Positions 53,909 through 63,223 of a stretch of 64,000 nucleotides of DNA are shown one piece after another. The stretch's first letter is position 1, and each line of letters begins with the position of its first letter. Below the pieces are notes generated by a model. The model searched no databases and was not told where the DNA came from. It worked only from the letters and a program-made list of their open reading frames with translations. Origin of the DNA: an uncultured Gemmatimonadales bacterium (GTDB lineage Bacteria > Gemmatimonadota > Gemmatimonadetes > Gemmatimonadales > GWC2-71-9); assembly GCA_963695555.1 (NCBI GenBank), contig CAVOGR010000007.1:672001-736000 (forward strand). Direction: 5' to 3'. The translations under genes and the position numbers were made by a program.

Positions 53909-54600
53909 TGCCGCGACCGACACCCTTCGATCTGATCTTCGGTGAACTGGCCGACGACCGATTCCCCCAGATTCGGGCTGGCCTCGAGCGCGCGGGACTG
54001 GCCGGCGCAAACCGAGACTCGTTTCTTCTCAACCAAGAGGTTGTCACTTTCCTCCGCGACCTGCGGCCCGAGGGAGGATTGGGAGAGGCCATCGACCAAT
54101 TGGTGGCGTTGGTGCACCAGTCATACCTCCTGTGGGAATCCGGCCGTTGGATCCTTCGGATCTCGCCCACCCGGGCCAGAACGATCCTGAGCGAGGCACC
54201 GATTGCCGAGGAAGGCGTCGACCCTCCCACTCCATACTACCTGCAGTGGCCCGAACGGATGTTGTGGGCCCAGGTGACGCCGGATGAGCCGCATGAACCG
54301 CTGGACGGGTGGTTCGTCGCGCCCGAAGGCGAGGCGCTGCGGGTGCTGGGAATCTTCGGTTTGCATCCCGACCGCATGGGGTTCACCGTGGTCGAGGTCG
54401 CCGGCCCGAGGCCCGGCGCGCTGGCTCGCGCCGATGGCACACCGCTGTTCGCGTCGGTGCTTCCCGCCGGCCGCGATGCCGGCCTTCATTCGTTGGTCGG
54501 GACGGAGGAATTGCTCGAGCTGGCGTGGCGAACCCACGCGATCATCAGCGCCCGAACCAGACCAACCCGCACGACCCACGAGCCCGTGGACGTTCCATGA
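53905..54600 (+). CDS. hypothetical protein
   Basis: ATGA overlap with upstream gene; protein-like composition. Confidence 0.75.
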   Translation: MMPRPTPFDLIFGELADDRFPQIRAGLERAGLAGANRDSFLLNQEVVTFLRDLRPEGGLGEAIDQLVALVHQSYLLWESGRWILRISPTRARTILSEAPIAEEGVDPPTPYYLQWPERMLWAQVTPDEPHEPLDGWFVAPEGEALRVLGIFGLHPDRMGFTVVEVAGPRPGALARADGTPLFASVLPAGRDAGLHSLVGTEELLELAWRTHAIISARTRPTRTTHEPVDVP

Positions 54601-54619
54601 GCCGTGACCGGAGAACCGC

Positions 54620-55333
54620 ATGACGCGTCGGAAGACACCACCCAAGCGAACGGCCAAGCAGGCGACCAAAACACGGTTGAAGTCGGTCACACCGAAGGCG
54701 GCCGAACCGAGGGCACGGGCAAAGGTGGTGCTGCGGCGTCTCAAGAAGGCCTACCCCGACGCCCACTGCGCGCTCGGCCACGCCGACGCCTACCAGCTGT
54801 TGGTCGCGACCATTCTCTCGGCTCAATGCACCGACGCCAGGGTCAACATGGTGACCCCGACCCTTTTTGCCCGCTACCCGACAGCGGGAGCGTTGGCCCA
54901 AGCAGCGCAGCCCGAGCTCGAGAACATCATTCGGTCGACCGGCTTTTTCCGCAGCAAATCCAAGAATCTGATCGGGATGGCCCAGGCCCTGATCGCGGAC
55001 CACCAGGGCGAGGTGCCCCAAACGATGGCCGCCCTCGAGGCGCTGCCCGGCGTCGGACGGAAGACGGCCAACGTGGTGTTGGGTAATGCATTCGGCATCG
55101 ACGAGGGTGTCGTGGTCGACACCCACGTTACTCGGTTGGCCCGGTTGCTCGAGCTGACCCGGGCAAAGGAGGCTCCCAAGATCGAACAGGACCTGATGGC
55201 GCTCTTTCCGCGGAAGGACTGGACGTTGCTGGCCCATCTCCTCATCTCACACGGCCGACAGGTGTGCATCGCGCGCCGTCCTAAGTGCGACGCATGCGTC
55301 TTGGCAGACGTGTGCCCCTCGGCGACATTCTGA
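54620..55333 (+). CDS. nth: endonuclease III
   Basis: [19 protein letters not shown] (HhH), VDTH, C-x6-C-x2-C-x5-C 4Fe-4S motif; Lys/Arg-rich N-terminal tail. Confidence 0.96.
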   Translation: MTRRKTPPKRTAKQATKTRLKSVTPKAAEPRARAKVVLRRLKKAYPDAHCALGHADAYQLLVATILSAQCTDARVNMVTPTLFARYPTAGALAQAAQPELENIIRSTGFFRSKSKNLIGMAQALIADHQGEVPQTMAALEALPGVGRKTANVVLGNAFGIDEGVVVDTHVTRLARLLELTRAKEAPKIEQDLMALFPRKDWTLLAHLLISHGRQVCIARRPKCDACVLADVCPSATF

Positions 55334-55335
55334 GC

Positions 55336-57411
55336 ATGAGCCGGAATCGCCTGGGCACGTCGTCGTCGTCATATCTGCAATCCGCGGCCCACCAACCAAT
55401 CCACTGGCACAGCTGGGGCCTCGACGCGTTCGACACGGCACGGCAACTCGACCGCCCGGTGTTGCTCGACATCGGCGCGGCGTGGTGTCACTGGTGCCAC
55501 GTCATGGACCGGGAGTCGTATGATGATGCCGACCTGGCGGGCTACCTCAACCAGCACTTCGTGTGCATCAAGGTCGATCGCGACGAGCGGCCCGACGTCG
55601 ATACCCGCTATCAGCGCGCCGTCCAGGCGCTGTCGGGACAGGGAGGGTGGCCGCTGACGGCGTTTCTCACCCCTGAGGGTGAGGTGTTTTACGGAGGCAC
55701 CTACTTTCCGCCGGACGGCCGATACGGCCGGCCGGGGTTCCGATCGATCCTGTCCCGAGTGCTCGAGGTCTATCGAACCCACCGACAGCAGGTACACGAC
55801 CAGGCTGAAGCGCTCCGCCAGCTGGTCGAAGAGCACCTCGACGAAGCCAAGCCGGGTGAGGTGGCCGCGGACCTGGTCGACGAGGCTGTGGCCCAGATCG
55901 ACCGGGCCTTTGATGCTCAGTATGGCGGCTTCGGGCGCGAGCCAAAGTTCCCGCACCCGAGCGCCGTTCGTCTCCTCCTTACCCGTTGGTACGACACCGG
56001 CACGCCCCGGCTGCGCGAGATCGTTGAAACGACGCTCACGCGCATGGGGCGCGGCGGGATGTACGATCAGCTGGGCGGCGGATTTCATCGCTATAGCGTC
56101 GACCGCCGATGGATCGTGCCGCACTTCGAGAAGATGAGTTATGACAATGCGGAGCTGCTCCGCGCATACCTCGATGCATTCATCGCGTTCGGCAGCGAAG
56201 AATACGCCGAGGTCGCACGGGGGATCGTCCATTGGGTACGCAACGTGGCATCCGACCCGGCCGGAGGATACGCAGCCAGTCAGGACGCGGACGTCGGCCT
56301 CGATGACGATGGCGATTACTTCACGTGGACCCGCGAGGAGGCGGCAGCGGCCCTAACGTCCGATGAATTCGACGTAGCGGCGGCCTTTTACGACATCGGA
56401 ACGGCCGGAGAGATGCAGCACAACCCCGGCAAGAACGTGCTGTTCGTCGCCCTGTCCGTCGATACGATTGCGCGAGCCCAAGGCCGGACCGCCGAGGACA
56501 CGGCCCGCTTGCTCCACTCGGCCCAGGAGAAGCTCCGCCAGGCACGGAATGAGCGACCGGCGCCATTGGTCGATCGGACCCGGTACACCAACTGGAATGC
56601 GATGATGGCGGGAGCGATGCTCCAGGCCGGCGTGGTTTTGGATGACGACTGGGCGCGCGATTCCGCGCTCACAACCTTGGAGCGCATACGGCTGGATAAC
56701 GCTGACGGCAACACCGTGGCTCACAAGCCGGGCGGCGGCGAGCAGTTCCTCGATGATCAGGTGCAGGTGGCCGGCGCGGCCCTCGATGCCTTCGAAGTCA
56801 CCGGCGACGACCGGTGGCTCGCCTGGGCCCGTGCCGTGATGGACCGTGTCTGGGACCGCTACTGGGACCAAACCGGAGGCGGGCTATTCGATGTCGCGGC
56901 CGACGTTACCGGCGAAGGCCTGCTCCCGGCACGTGCCAAGTCGATTCAGGACACGCCGACTCCGTCCTCCAACGGGATGGCCGGCATCGTCTGGTCACGT
57001 CTCGACGAACTCACCCACGAGCAGCGACATCGCGACCGCCGGGACGCCGTGTTGCGCGCATTTGCCGGCACCGCCCCCGGCCTCGGCATCCACGGCGCCA
57101 CCTATTTCCTCGCCCTCGACCGTGCCCTTCATTCTCCGACACATTTGGTGATCGTCGGGAGGGACAACGACCAAGTGGCGAACCAGATGATGAAGTCCGC
57201 CCTCCGGGCGGCCGTCCCGCGGCGGACGGTGCGGCGCCTCTGTCCGGGCGGACCGTCGGAAGTACTGCCTCCACCGATCAGGGCTATGCTGGATACCAAC
57301 GCCTCCGCTCGCGCCTACGCCTGTCGCGGCACGCATTGCCTGCCGCCAGCCGAGACCGTCGAACGCTGGGAAGAGACGCTCGCGCAGCTTGCGGAGAACC
57401 CGGAGACCTAG
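55336..57411 (+). CDS. YyaL/SSP411 (SPATA20)-family thioredoxin-domain protein
   Basis: NRL...S.YL, WCHWCHVM, KVDRDERPD, GGWPLT, GGFHRYSVD..W.VPHFEKM.YDNA. Confidence 0.92.
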   Translation: MSRNRLGTSSSSYLQSAAHQPIHWHSWGLDAFDTARQLDRPVLLDIGAAWCHWCHVMDRESYDDADLAGYLNQHFVCIKVDRDERPDVDTRYQRAVQALSGQGGWPLTAFLTPEGEVFYGGTYFPPDGRYGRPGFRSILSRVLEVYRTHRQQVHDQAEALRQLVEEHLDEAKPGEVAADLVDEAVAQIDRAFDAQYGGFGREPKFPHPSAVRLLLTRWYDTGTPRLREIVETTLTRMGRGGMYDQLGGGFHRYSVDRRWIVPHFEKMSYDNAELLRAYLDAFIAFGSEEYAEVARGIVHWVRNVASDPAGGYAASQDADVGLDDDGDYFTWTREEAAAALTSDEFDVAAAFYDIGTAGEMQHNPGKNVLFVALSVDTIARAQGRTAEDTARLLHSAQEKLRQARNERPAPLVDRTRYTNWNAMMAGAMLQAGVVLDDDWARDSALTTLERIRLDNADGNTVAHKPGGGEQFLDDQVQVAGAALDAFEVTGDDRWLAWARAVMDRVWDRYWDQTGGGLFDVAADVTGEGLLPARAKSIQDTPTPSSNGMAGIVWSRLDELTHEQRHRDRRDAVLRAFAGTAPGLGIHGATYFLALDRALHSPTHLVIVGRDNDQVANQMMKSALRAAVPRRTVRRLCPGGPSEVLPPPIRAMLDTNASARAYACRGTHCLPPAETVERWEETLAQLAENPET

Positions 57412-57435
57412 TCGGTCTTAGGAAGGATTGTTGAC

Positions 57436-57852
57436 ATGCACATCGATTTTGCCGTCCTGGCCGACTACGCCCTGATCGACCAACGCAGCAAACTCTCGGT
57501 CCTCGGCATCTTCCAGCATGTGTGGGTGGCTCAATTCCCCGCCGTCCATCCGAGGACGCATTTGGTACTGCGGGTCCGCGGCCGGCGCACGGAAATCGGC
57601 AGTCACCCGATTCGCATCCGCTTCGTCGACGCCACGGGGAAGGAACTGCTTGGCGGCTCCGGCACGGTGGAGTTCGGTGAGCCGCCAGCGGGGGTGACGG
57701 AATTGGAGGCCGGTGCGGTGCTGGTTTTCGATGTCCCACTCCCGGCGCCGGGATCGTACGCATTCGAGATCACCCTCGACCAACGGGAGGCTGTCCAGGT
57801 TCCCCTCACGGCCGGCCTGGCCAAGACTCCCGAGCGACCTCCAGCCCAATGA
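57436..57852 (+). CDS. hypothetical beta-sandwich protein (DUF6941-like)
   Basis: LADYA.....KLSVLGIF and PGSYAFEI motifs. Confidence 0.7.
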   Translation: MHIDFAVLADYALIDQRSKLSVLGIFQHVWVAQFPAVHPRTHLVLRVRGRRTEIGSHPIRIRFVDATGKELLGGSGTVEFGEPPAGVTELEAGAVLVFDVPLPAPGSYAFEITLDQREAVQVPLTAGLAKTPERPPAQ

Positions 57853-57863
57853 GAGGAGCACCC

Positions 57864-58445
57864 ATGGAGTGGACCCGAGAACGAGCACTCGGCATCATGC
57901 ACGAATACACCGCCTCCGAGGCGCTGCGCCGCCACATGTACGCTGTTGAGATTGCCATGCGCGCCATGGCGGCTCGAACGGGAGCGGATGAGGATGTGTG
58001 GGGAATCGTCGGCCTGCTTCATGACTTCGACTACGAACGATTCCCCAATGAGGGCCACTCACCGACCGAGGAGCACCCGAGCGAGGGCGTGCGGATTCTG
58101 ATCGCTCAGGGATTCCCGGAAGAGTGGGGACAGGCAATCCTAGGACATGCCACCTACACGGGCGTCCCTCGGACGACGCCCATGGCCAAGGCGCTCTTCG
58201 GAGTGGACGAATTGGCAGGCTTTCTCGTCGCCTGTGCCTTGGTTCGGCCGTCGCGCAGTTTGCAGGACCTGGGCGTCAAGAGCGTCAAGAAGAAACTCAA
58301 GGACAAGGCCTTCGCGCGCGGGGTGAGCCGTGAGGACGTCATCCAAGGCTCGGAGGAGCTCGGAGTGCTGCTGGACGAGCACGTGGATTTCGTGCTCGAT
58401 GCCTTGCGGCCGCACGAGGGCATTATCGGACTCGGGCCACCGTGA
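57864..58445 (+). CDS. HD-domain (HDIG) metal-dependent hydrolase
   Basis: LRRH, GLLHDFD, H, GH, DEL.G; KK.KDKAFARGVSR. Confidence 0.88.
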   Translation: MEWTRERALGIMHEYTASEALRRHMYAVEIAMRAMAARTGADEDVWGIVGLLHDFDYERFPNEGHSPTEEHPSEGVRILIAQGFPEEWGQAILGHATYTGVPRTTPMAKALFGVDELAGFLVACALVRPSRSLQDLGVKSVKKKLKDKAFARGVSREDVIQGSEELGVLLDEHVDFVLDALRPHEGIIGLGPP

Positions 58446-59839
58446 TCGACACCGGCTCGCTCGCTCGCTCGGGCGTGAGCTTGCAACGAGTCATGACGCG
58501 AACAGCCCGATCACGCCCGGTTCCAGGCAACGCGGTGCGCATGCTGCTGGACGCGGGCGCGCTCGACGCCATGCTCGACTTGATCGCGAGTGCAGAGCGA
58601 TGGCTCCACTTCGAGAACTACATCATCCGGAGCGATGAGACCGGGTGGCGCTTTGCCGAGGCCTGGATAGCCGCAGCTCGGCGTGGTGTTCGGGTCCGGG
58701 TGCTGTACGACTGGCTCGGCTCCCGAGGCACGTCGAGGCAGTTCTGGCGCACCCTCCGCGCAGCCGGTATCGAAGTGCGGAGCTTCAATCCGCCCAGGCC
58801 CTTCGACCTGGTAGCCAATTTCACGCGCGACCATCGCAAGCTGGCCGTCGCAGACGGCGTCATGGCCGTTGTCGGCGGTATGTGTGTGGGCAACGAATGG
58901 GCCGGCGATATTTCGCAGAACGTCCACCCCTGGCGTGACACCGCCGTCGAAGTCTCGGGCCCGGCCGCAACGGCGCTGGGCCAAACCTTCGCCGCCATGT
59001 GGACCGAAGCTCGGGGCCAGCTCCCGGTCGAGGAACGCGCGACCGATGTGCCAGCCGCCGGCGACGCAGCGGTGCAAGTGATCGGCGGCCGACCCGGACG
59101 CGGCCGGTTCTTCCGCATGCTCGAGCTGCTGGCGGCGGGAAGTTCGGAGCGGCTCTGGATCACGGATGCGTACTTCGTGGCCCCTCGCCGACTTTCCCGG
59201 GTGTTCATCGATGCGGCGCACGAGGGGGTGGACGTCCGTTTGCTGGTGCCGAGTTCAAGTGACATTCCCATCGTCAGGAATCTCACCCGAATCGGGTATC
59301 GCGACCTCCTGCGTGCCGGCGTGCGAATCTACGAGTGGGATGGCCCCATGCTGCACGCGAAGGCGCTGGTCGTGGACGGACGGTGGACCCGCATTGGTTC
59401 GAGCAATCTCAACGCGTCCAGTCTGCTCGGGAACTATGAACTGGACGTGTTTGTCGACGATCGATCCTTCGCCGAGGAGGCAGAGCGCCGGTTCCGGAGG
59501 GACATCGCGCGAAGCGCGGAGATACGTCACCTCCCTCCCCACGTCCCGGCCGGCCTACAGCAGGTATTGCCGGGACCGCTCGACCGGGATGCACCCGAAG
59601 TCGCGAGCGGCGTCCACCACCGAACGGGCCGAGAGCGGCGGCGACAAGCCGTGGTCGCGCTTCGGACTGTGGCGGCCGGTGCGCGGCGCTCGTTCTTCGG
59701 GCCCATGAGCATTGGCTTCGTGTTCCTGGGTGTGGTCTTCTTCCTGCTGCCGCGCGTCTCCGCTTACGTGTCCGGGGGCGTCCTCCTGTGGCTGGCCATC
59801 GGTGCCGGCCTCGAGGCCTTCCGGCGACGCTCTCAATAA
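58442..59839 (+). CDS. cardiolipin synthase / phospholipase D family protein
   Basis: Two HKD motifs (HRKLAVAD, HAKALVVD), WRDT, GSSN; C-terminal TM pair. Confidence 0.92.
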   Translation: MIDTGSLARSGVSLQRVMTRTARSRPVPGNAVRMLLDAGALDAMLDLIASAERWLHFENYIIRSDETGWRFAEAWIAAARRGVRVRVLYDWLGSRGTSRQFWRTLRAAGIEVRSFNPPRPFDLVANFTRDHRKLAVADGVMAVVGGMCVGNEWAGDISQNVHPWRDTAVEVSGPAATALGQTFAAMWTEARGQLPVEERATDVPAAGDAAVQVIGGRPGRGRFFRMLELLAAGSSERLWITDAYFVAPRRLSRVFIDAAHEGVDVRLLVPSSSDIPIVRNLTRIGYRDLLRAGVRIYEWDGPMLHAKALVVDGRWTRIGSSNLNASSLLGNYELDVFVDDRSFAEEAERRFRRDIARSAEIRHLPPHVPAGLQQVLPGPLDRDAPEVASGVHHRTGRERRRQAVVALRTVAAGARRSFFGPMSIGFVFLGVVFFLLPRVSAYVSGGVLLWLAIGAGLEAFRRRSQ

Positions 59840-59905
59840 GCCGCCAACCCCTGCAGGCACCAGCCGCGCACCGCGGTTACCTGGGTGTCAGATCCGAGGC
59901 CCGCG

Positions 59906-61135
59906 ATGAATCGCACTTGGCTATTCCCCGGCTTGTTTGCACTGCTGGTCCTCCTTCCGACCACCGGTCGCGCGCAGGATGTCAGTGAACTCCACGCCAC
60001 ATTCTCCCTACGGCTCGAGGCCCTCCGACAAGACCTGATCGACCTTCGGCGCGACTTGCACCGGAATCCGGAGCTTTCAGGCAAGGAAGAGCGAACCGCC
60101 GGTATCGTGGCGGATCGGCTCCGGAAGCTCGGCATCACCGTCCGAACCGGCGTCGGTGGCCATGGCGTGGTCGGCCTGTTGGAGGGGTCCGAGCCCGGGC
60201 CGGTGGTGGCATTCCGTGCCGACATGGATGCCGTTGCCTCCAACGCACCCGATCCGGTCGAGTTTCGCTCCCTCAGACCAGGCGTCCGGCACATCTGTGG
60301 CCATGACATTCACACCACAATCGGACTGGCGCTGGCCGAGGGATTTGCCGCCGTGCGGGATCAACTTCACGGCTCAATCATGTTCATTTTCCAGCCCGCG
60401 GAGGAGCGCGCAAGCGGCGCCCGTGCGATGCTGGCCGACAACGTCTTTCGACCCGAGCAGCCCGATGCCATCTTCGCCTACCACACGGCGCCGTTCGAGG
60501 TTGGGCAGCTGGCCACCGCGTCCGAGACCCTGATGGCGTGGCGCGACCGGGTTAGCGTGACACTATCCGGACGCGGTGATGTGGCGGGTGCCGCCTCCGA
60601 GGTCTACAGCCGCATCCGGGACGTGGGGACCGTGCCGCCGGAGCGGGCGGCGGAATCGGCCCCGTACGATGCCCTGCTCGTGCGAGTGGGGCGTCCACGC
60701 CAGACGAATGACGACACCGTTGTCGTTGCCGCCGTCATCAGCTCGGCGAACACCGGCGCACGGGAATTAGTCGAGACCCAGCTAGCCGATCTGGATTTCG
60801 ACGATGTCACCATCGAGGTCCGTTACGAAGAAAAATGGGTGGCGGGCGTCACCAATGATCCGGACCTGGTCCGCCAGGCCCAGGCGAGCGTGGCGTCGGT
60901 CGTGGGCCCGGACGGCGTGAGGATGCTCACCAGCGTAAACCCGGCCTTCAGCGAGGACTTCGGATCATTCCAGCAGCAAGTGCCGGGCGTCATGTTCTTT
61001 CTTGGCGTGTCCAATTCCGCACAGGGCTGGGTCGGCATGCCGCACACACCGGACTACGTGGCCGATGAGGAGAGCATCTTCGTTGGAGCGCGCGCCATGA
61101 GCGCGGTATTGCTGGATTTCCTCGACCGACGCTGA
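59906..61135 (+). CDS. M20D-family amidohydrolase with signal peptide
   Basis: HRNPELS, RADMDA, HICGHD.H, QPAEE, SEDF, PH. Confidence 0.9.
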   Translation: MNRTWLFPGLFALLVLLPTTGRAQDVSELHATFSLRLEALRQDLIDLRRDLHRNPELSGKEERTAGIVADRLRKLGITVRTGVGGHGVVGLLEGSEPGPVVAFRADMDAVASNAPDPVEFRSLRPGVRHICGHDIHTTIGLALAEGFAAVRDQLHGSIMFIFQPAEERASGARAMLADNVFRPEQPDAIFAYHTAPFEVGQLATASETLMAWRDRVSVTLSGRGDVAGAASEVYSRIRDVGTVPPERAAESAPYDALLVRVGRPRQTNDDTVVVAAVISSANTGARELVETQLADLDFDDVTIEVRYEEKWVAGVTNDPDLVRQAQASVASVVGPDGVRMLTSVNPAFSEDFGSFQQQVPGVMFFLGVSNSAQGWVGMPHTPDYVADEESIFVGARAMSAVLLDFLDRR

Positions 61136-61221
61136 CATCACGCCCCGCCGCGTCGGGGTCGGCTTCCGAGCGGCCCGGCTACGTCGCACCCCGACCCATA
61201 GGCACCGCCTACCCGGCGGAG

Positions 61222-61644
61222 CTAGGGACTTCCCTGAGGGCGGCGCCCGCCCCGCTGTGAGCGAAATCGCTCCTGCAGTCGAGCCCGCAGCGCGTGATAC
61301 CGCTCCATCTGCTCCTGGGTGAGCACCAGTTCCAGCTGTTCGTCCATCTCCGCACGAACGGCTTCCATTTCAGTCCTCATGGCCTGAAACCCATCGCGGT
61401 TCTGCTGACCCCGGGACTTGGCCATGATCTCTTGACGCCGCTCGGCGCCCGCCTTGAAGATGCCCCTGACTGCCCTGACCTGCTCATCCGTCAGGCCCTG
61501 CGTCCGCAACGAGTCCGTGATTTCCTCATCCATCCGTCCCAAGGCGTTGCCTGGACCATCTTGCCGTCCCTGAGCGCCGGCCGTCGTCAGGGGCAGCGCC
61601 ATGAGCGCCAAGGCGGCCGCCACTCGAAATCTCGAAATTCTCAT
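61222..61644 (-). CDS. periplasmic Spy/CpxP-like (LTxxQ) protein
   Basis: Signal peptide AGA|Q; two LTxEQ motifs; helical and charged. Confidence 0.75.
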   Translation of the reverse strand: MRISRFRVAAALALMALPLTTAGAQGRQDGPGNALGRMDEEITDSLRTQGLTDEQVRAVRGIFKAGAERRQEIMAKSRGQQNRDGFQAMRTEMEAVRAEMDEQLELVLTQEQMERYHALRARLQERFRSQRGGRRPQGSP

Positions 61645-61726
61645 TGGATTCCTGCCTTTCAGCGGGTGCATCGACATCTCGACATGGGTCTTCCAATACC
61701 CTGACAGCTGACCGTCCATGTTCTGA

Positions 61727-61753
61727 GTACGGCCACCACCCCGGAGTCGTTGA
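61727..61753 (-). promoter_or_regulatory. ECF-sigma-type promoter for the Spy-like gene
   Basis: TCAAC-N17-CGTAC on minus strand. Confidence 0.7.
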
Positions 61754-61796
61754 GGCTCCGGTGCCGGCCGGGGCCAGACCCCATTCTGCCACCGGC

Positions 61797-61823
61797 TCAA
61801 CATTCCCCCCGGGGAGAGCGTAG
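61797..61823 (+). promoter_or_regulatory. ECF-sigma-type autoregulatory promoter
   Basis: TCAAC-N17-CGTAG, 7 nt before ATG 61831. Confidence 0.7.
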
Positions 61824-61830
61824 GGGTAGT

Positions 61831-62460
61831 ATGGGGTATGCCGAACTCGTGCTTCCCGGACCACCGCTGGTAGTGGCCACTGATTCCAGGCCCAACGCCC
61901 ACCCACACGAGGCCAGTGGGGAGGAGGGGGTCTATGCGGTCCGCGCCCAGGCCGGCGACGCCGATGCGTTCGGGCTCCTGGTCCAGCGCTACGCCGCCGT
62001 GGCCCGCCGGGTGGCGCGGGTCATCCTGCAGGACCCGGATGATGCCGACGACGCGGCCCAGGACGCCTTCTTGGCGGCATGGCGCAAGATCGACCAGTAC
62101 GATCCACGACGCCGTTTCCGGCCCTGGTTCATGAAGATCGTGACAAACACTGCGCGCGATCTCCGGCGGGCCCGGCGGGTCCGGGAGACGGGGCCGCTCC
62201 TGCCTGACGTGCCGAGCGAGGGGCCCACGCCGGCCCAGAAGGCAGACAACTCGATCATCGGGGAGCAGATCGAGCGGGCGCTCGCGGATCTTCCCGAACG
62301 GCAGCGGGTGGCGGTCATCATGTTCGATGTGGAGGGTTATCCGCACGCCGACATCGCGGAAATCCTCGGGGTCCCACAGGGTACGGTGCGATCGCTGGTC
62401 TTTCACGGACGGCGTGCGCTGCGGAAGGCATTATCTCCCATTGTCGGGGATTTGAAATGA
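61831..62460 (+). CDS. ECF RNA polymerase sigma-70 factor (start 61831 or 61873)
   Basis: AQAGDADAF, DADDAAQDAFL, FRPW..IVTN (region 2); LPERQR, IAEILGVPQGTVRS (region 4). Confidence 0.93.
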   Translation: MGYAELVLPGPPLVVATDSRPNAHPHEASGEEGVYAVRAQAGDADAFGLLVQRYAAVARRVARVILQDPDDADDAAQDAFLAAWRKIDQYDPRRRFRPWFMKIVTNTARDLRRARRVRETGPLLPDVPSEGPTPAQKADNSIIGEQIERALADLPERQRVAVIMFDVEGYPHADIAEILGVPQGTVRSLVFHGRRALRKALSPIVGDLK

Positions 62461-62837
62461 CAGACCGAAATGACTTTGACGGGAGTCCGGACCGGGCGCT
62501 GGGTGAGCTGCTGCGACAGCACCTGACCCCTCCCGATGAGGCCGGGTTCGCGGCTCGGGTGATGGAGCGGATCTGGCTGACACCGCGAGACTCGAGTTGG
62601 GACGTGCTCGCACAGTGGACACCCAGAGGCCTCGCGGTTGCGGCCGTCATGCTGTTCGCGATAGGGCTGGGGTTCGTCGCGGCAACGAGCCGCGACAATG
62701 CGACTCCCGAGGCGCAGTCGATTGCCACCGGCTCTCCCACCGAGATCCTCGCGGTTCCCGAACCGCTGAGCGATGAACAGATCTTGACGGTGGTGTTGGA
62801 GGGCGGGGTGCGGCAGGACCAAGGAGACAGGCAATGA
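62457..62837 (+). CDS. putative single-pass anti-sigma factor
   Basis: ATGA overlap with sigma; P...GFAARVMERI motif then one TM. Confidence 0.75.
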   Translation: MTDRNDFDGSPDRALGELLRQHLTPPDEAGFAARVMERIWLTPRDSSWDVLAQWTPRGLAVAAVMLFAIGLGFVAATSRDNATPEAQSIATGSPTEILAVPEPLSDEQILTVVLEGGVRQDQGDRQ

Positions 62838-63223
62838 CCAACAGTAAATTGAGCGCCGTTCTGCTCCTGGTAGCCGCGTTCGTCCTGGGCGCGCTCAGCG
62901 GTGGCGCGGCCCTGGCCCTGGCGGATCGGGGGGATGACGCACTGAAGCCCAAAGGAGAGCGGGTCGCGTTCATTGACCGGCTCGAGCGCGACCTCGAGCT
63001 CTCTCCCGAGCAACGGCACGGAGTGGAACTGATTCTCGAGGAGTACCGCCCCAAAATGGATTCCATGTGGCGGGAGGTTGCCCCGAAGTTCGACACGCTA
63101 CGCAGCGAAGTCCGAGTGAAGATCGACGCGCTCCTCACACCGGAGCAGCAAACCAAACACGGCGAACTGCTCAAGCGCAGAGCAGAACGTCATCGTCAGA
63201 ACGGGAAGTCCAATGCTCAGTAA
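62834..63223 (+). CDS. membrane-anchored Spy/CpxP-like (LTxxQ) protein
   Basis: N-terminal TM; LSPEQ and LTPEQ motifs. Confidence 0.75.
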   Translation: MTNSKLSAVLLLVAAFVLGALSGGAALALADRGDDALKPKGERVAFIDRLERDLELSPEQRHGVELILEEYRPKMDSMWREVAPKFDTLRSEVRVKIDALLTPEQQTKHGELLKRRAERHRQNGKSNAQ

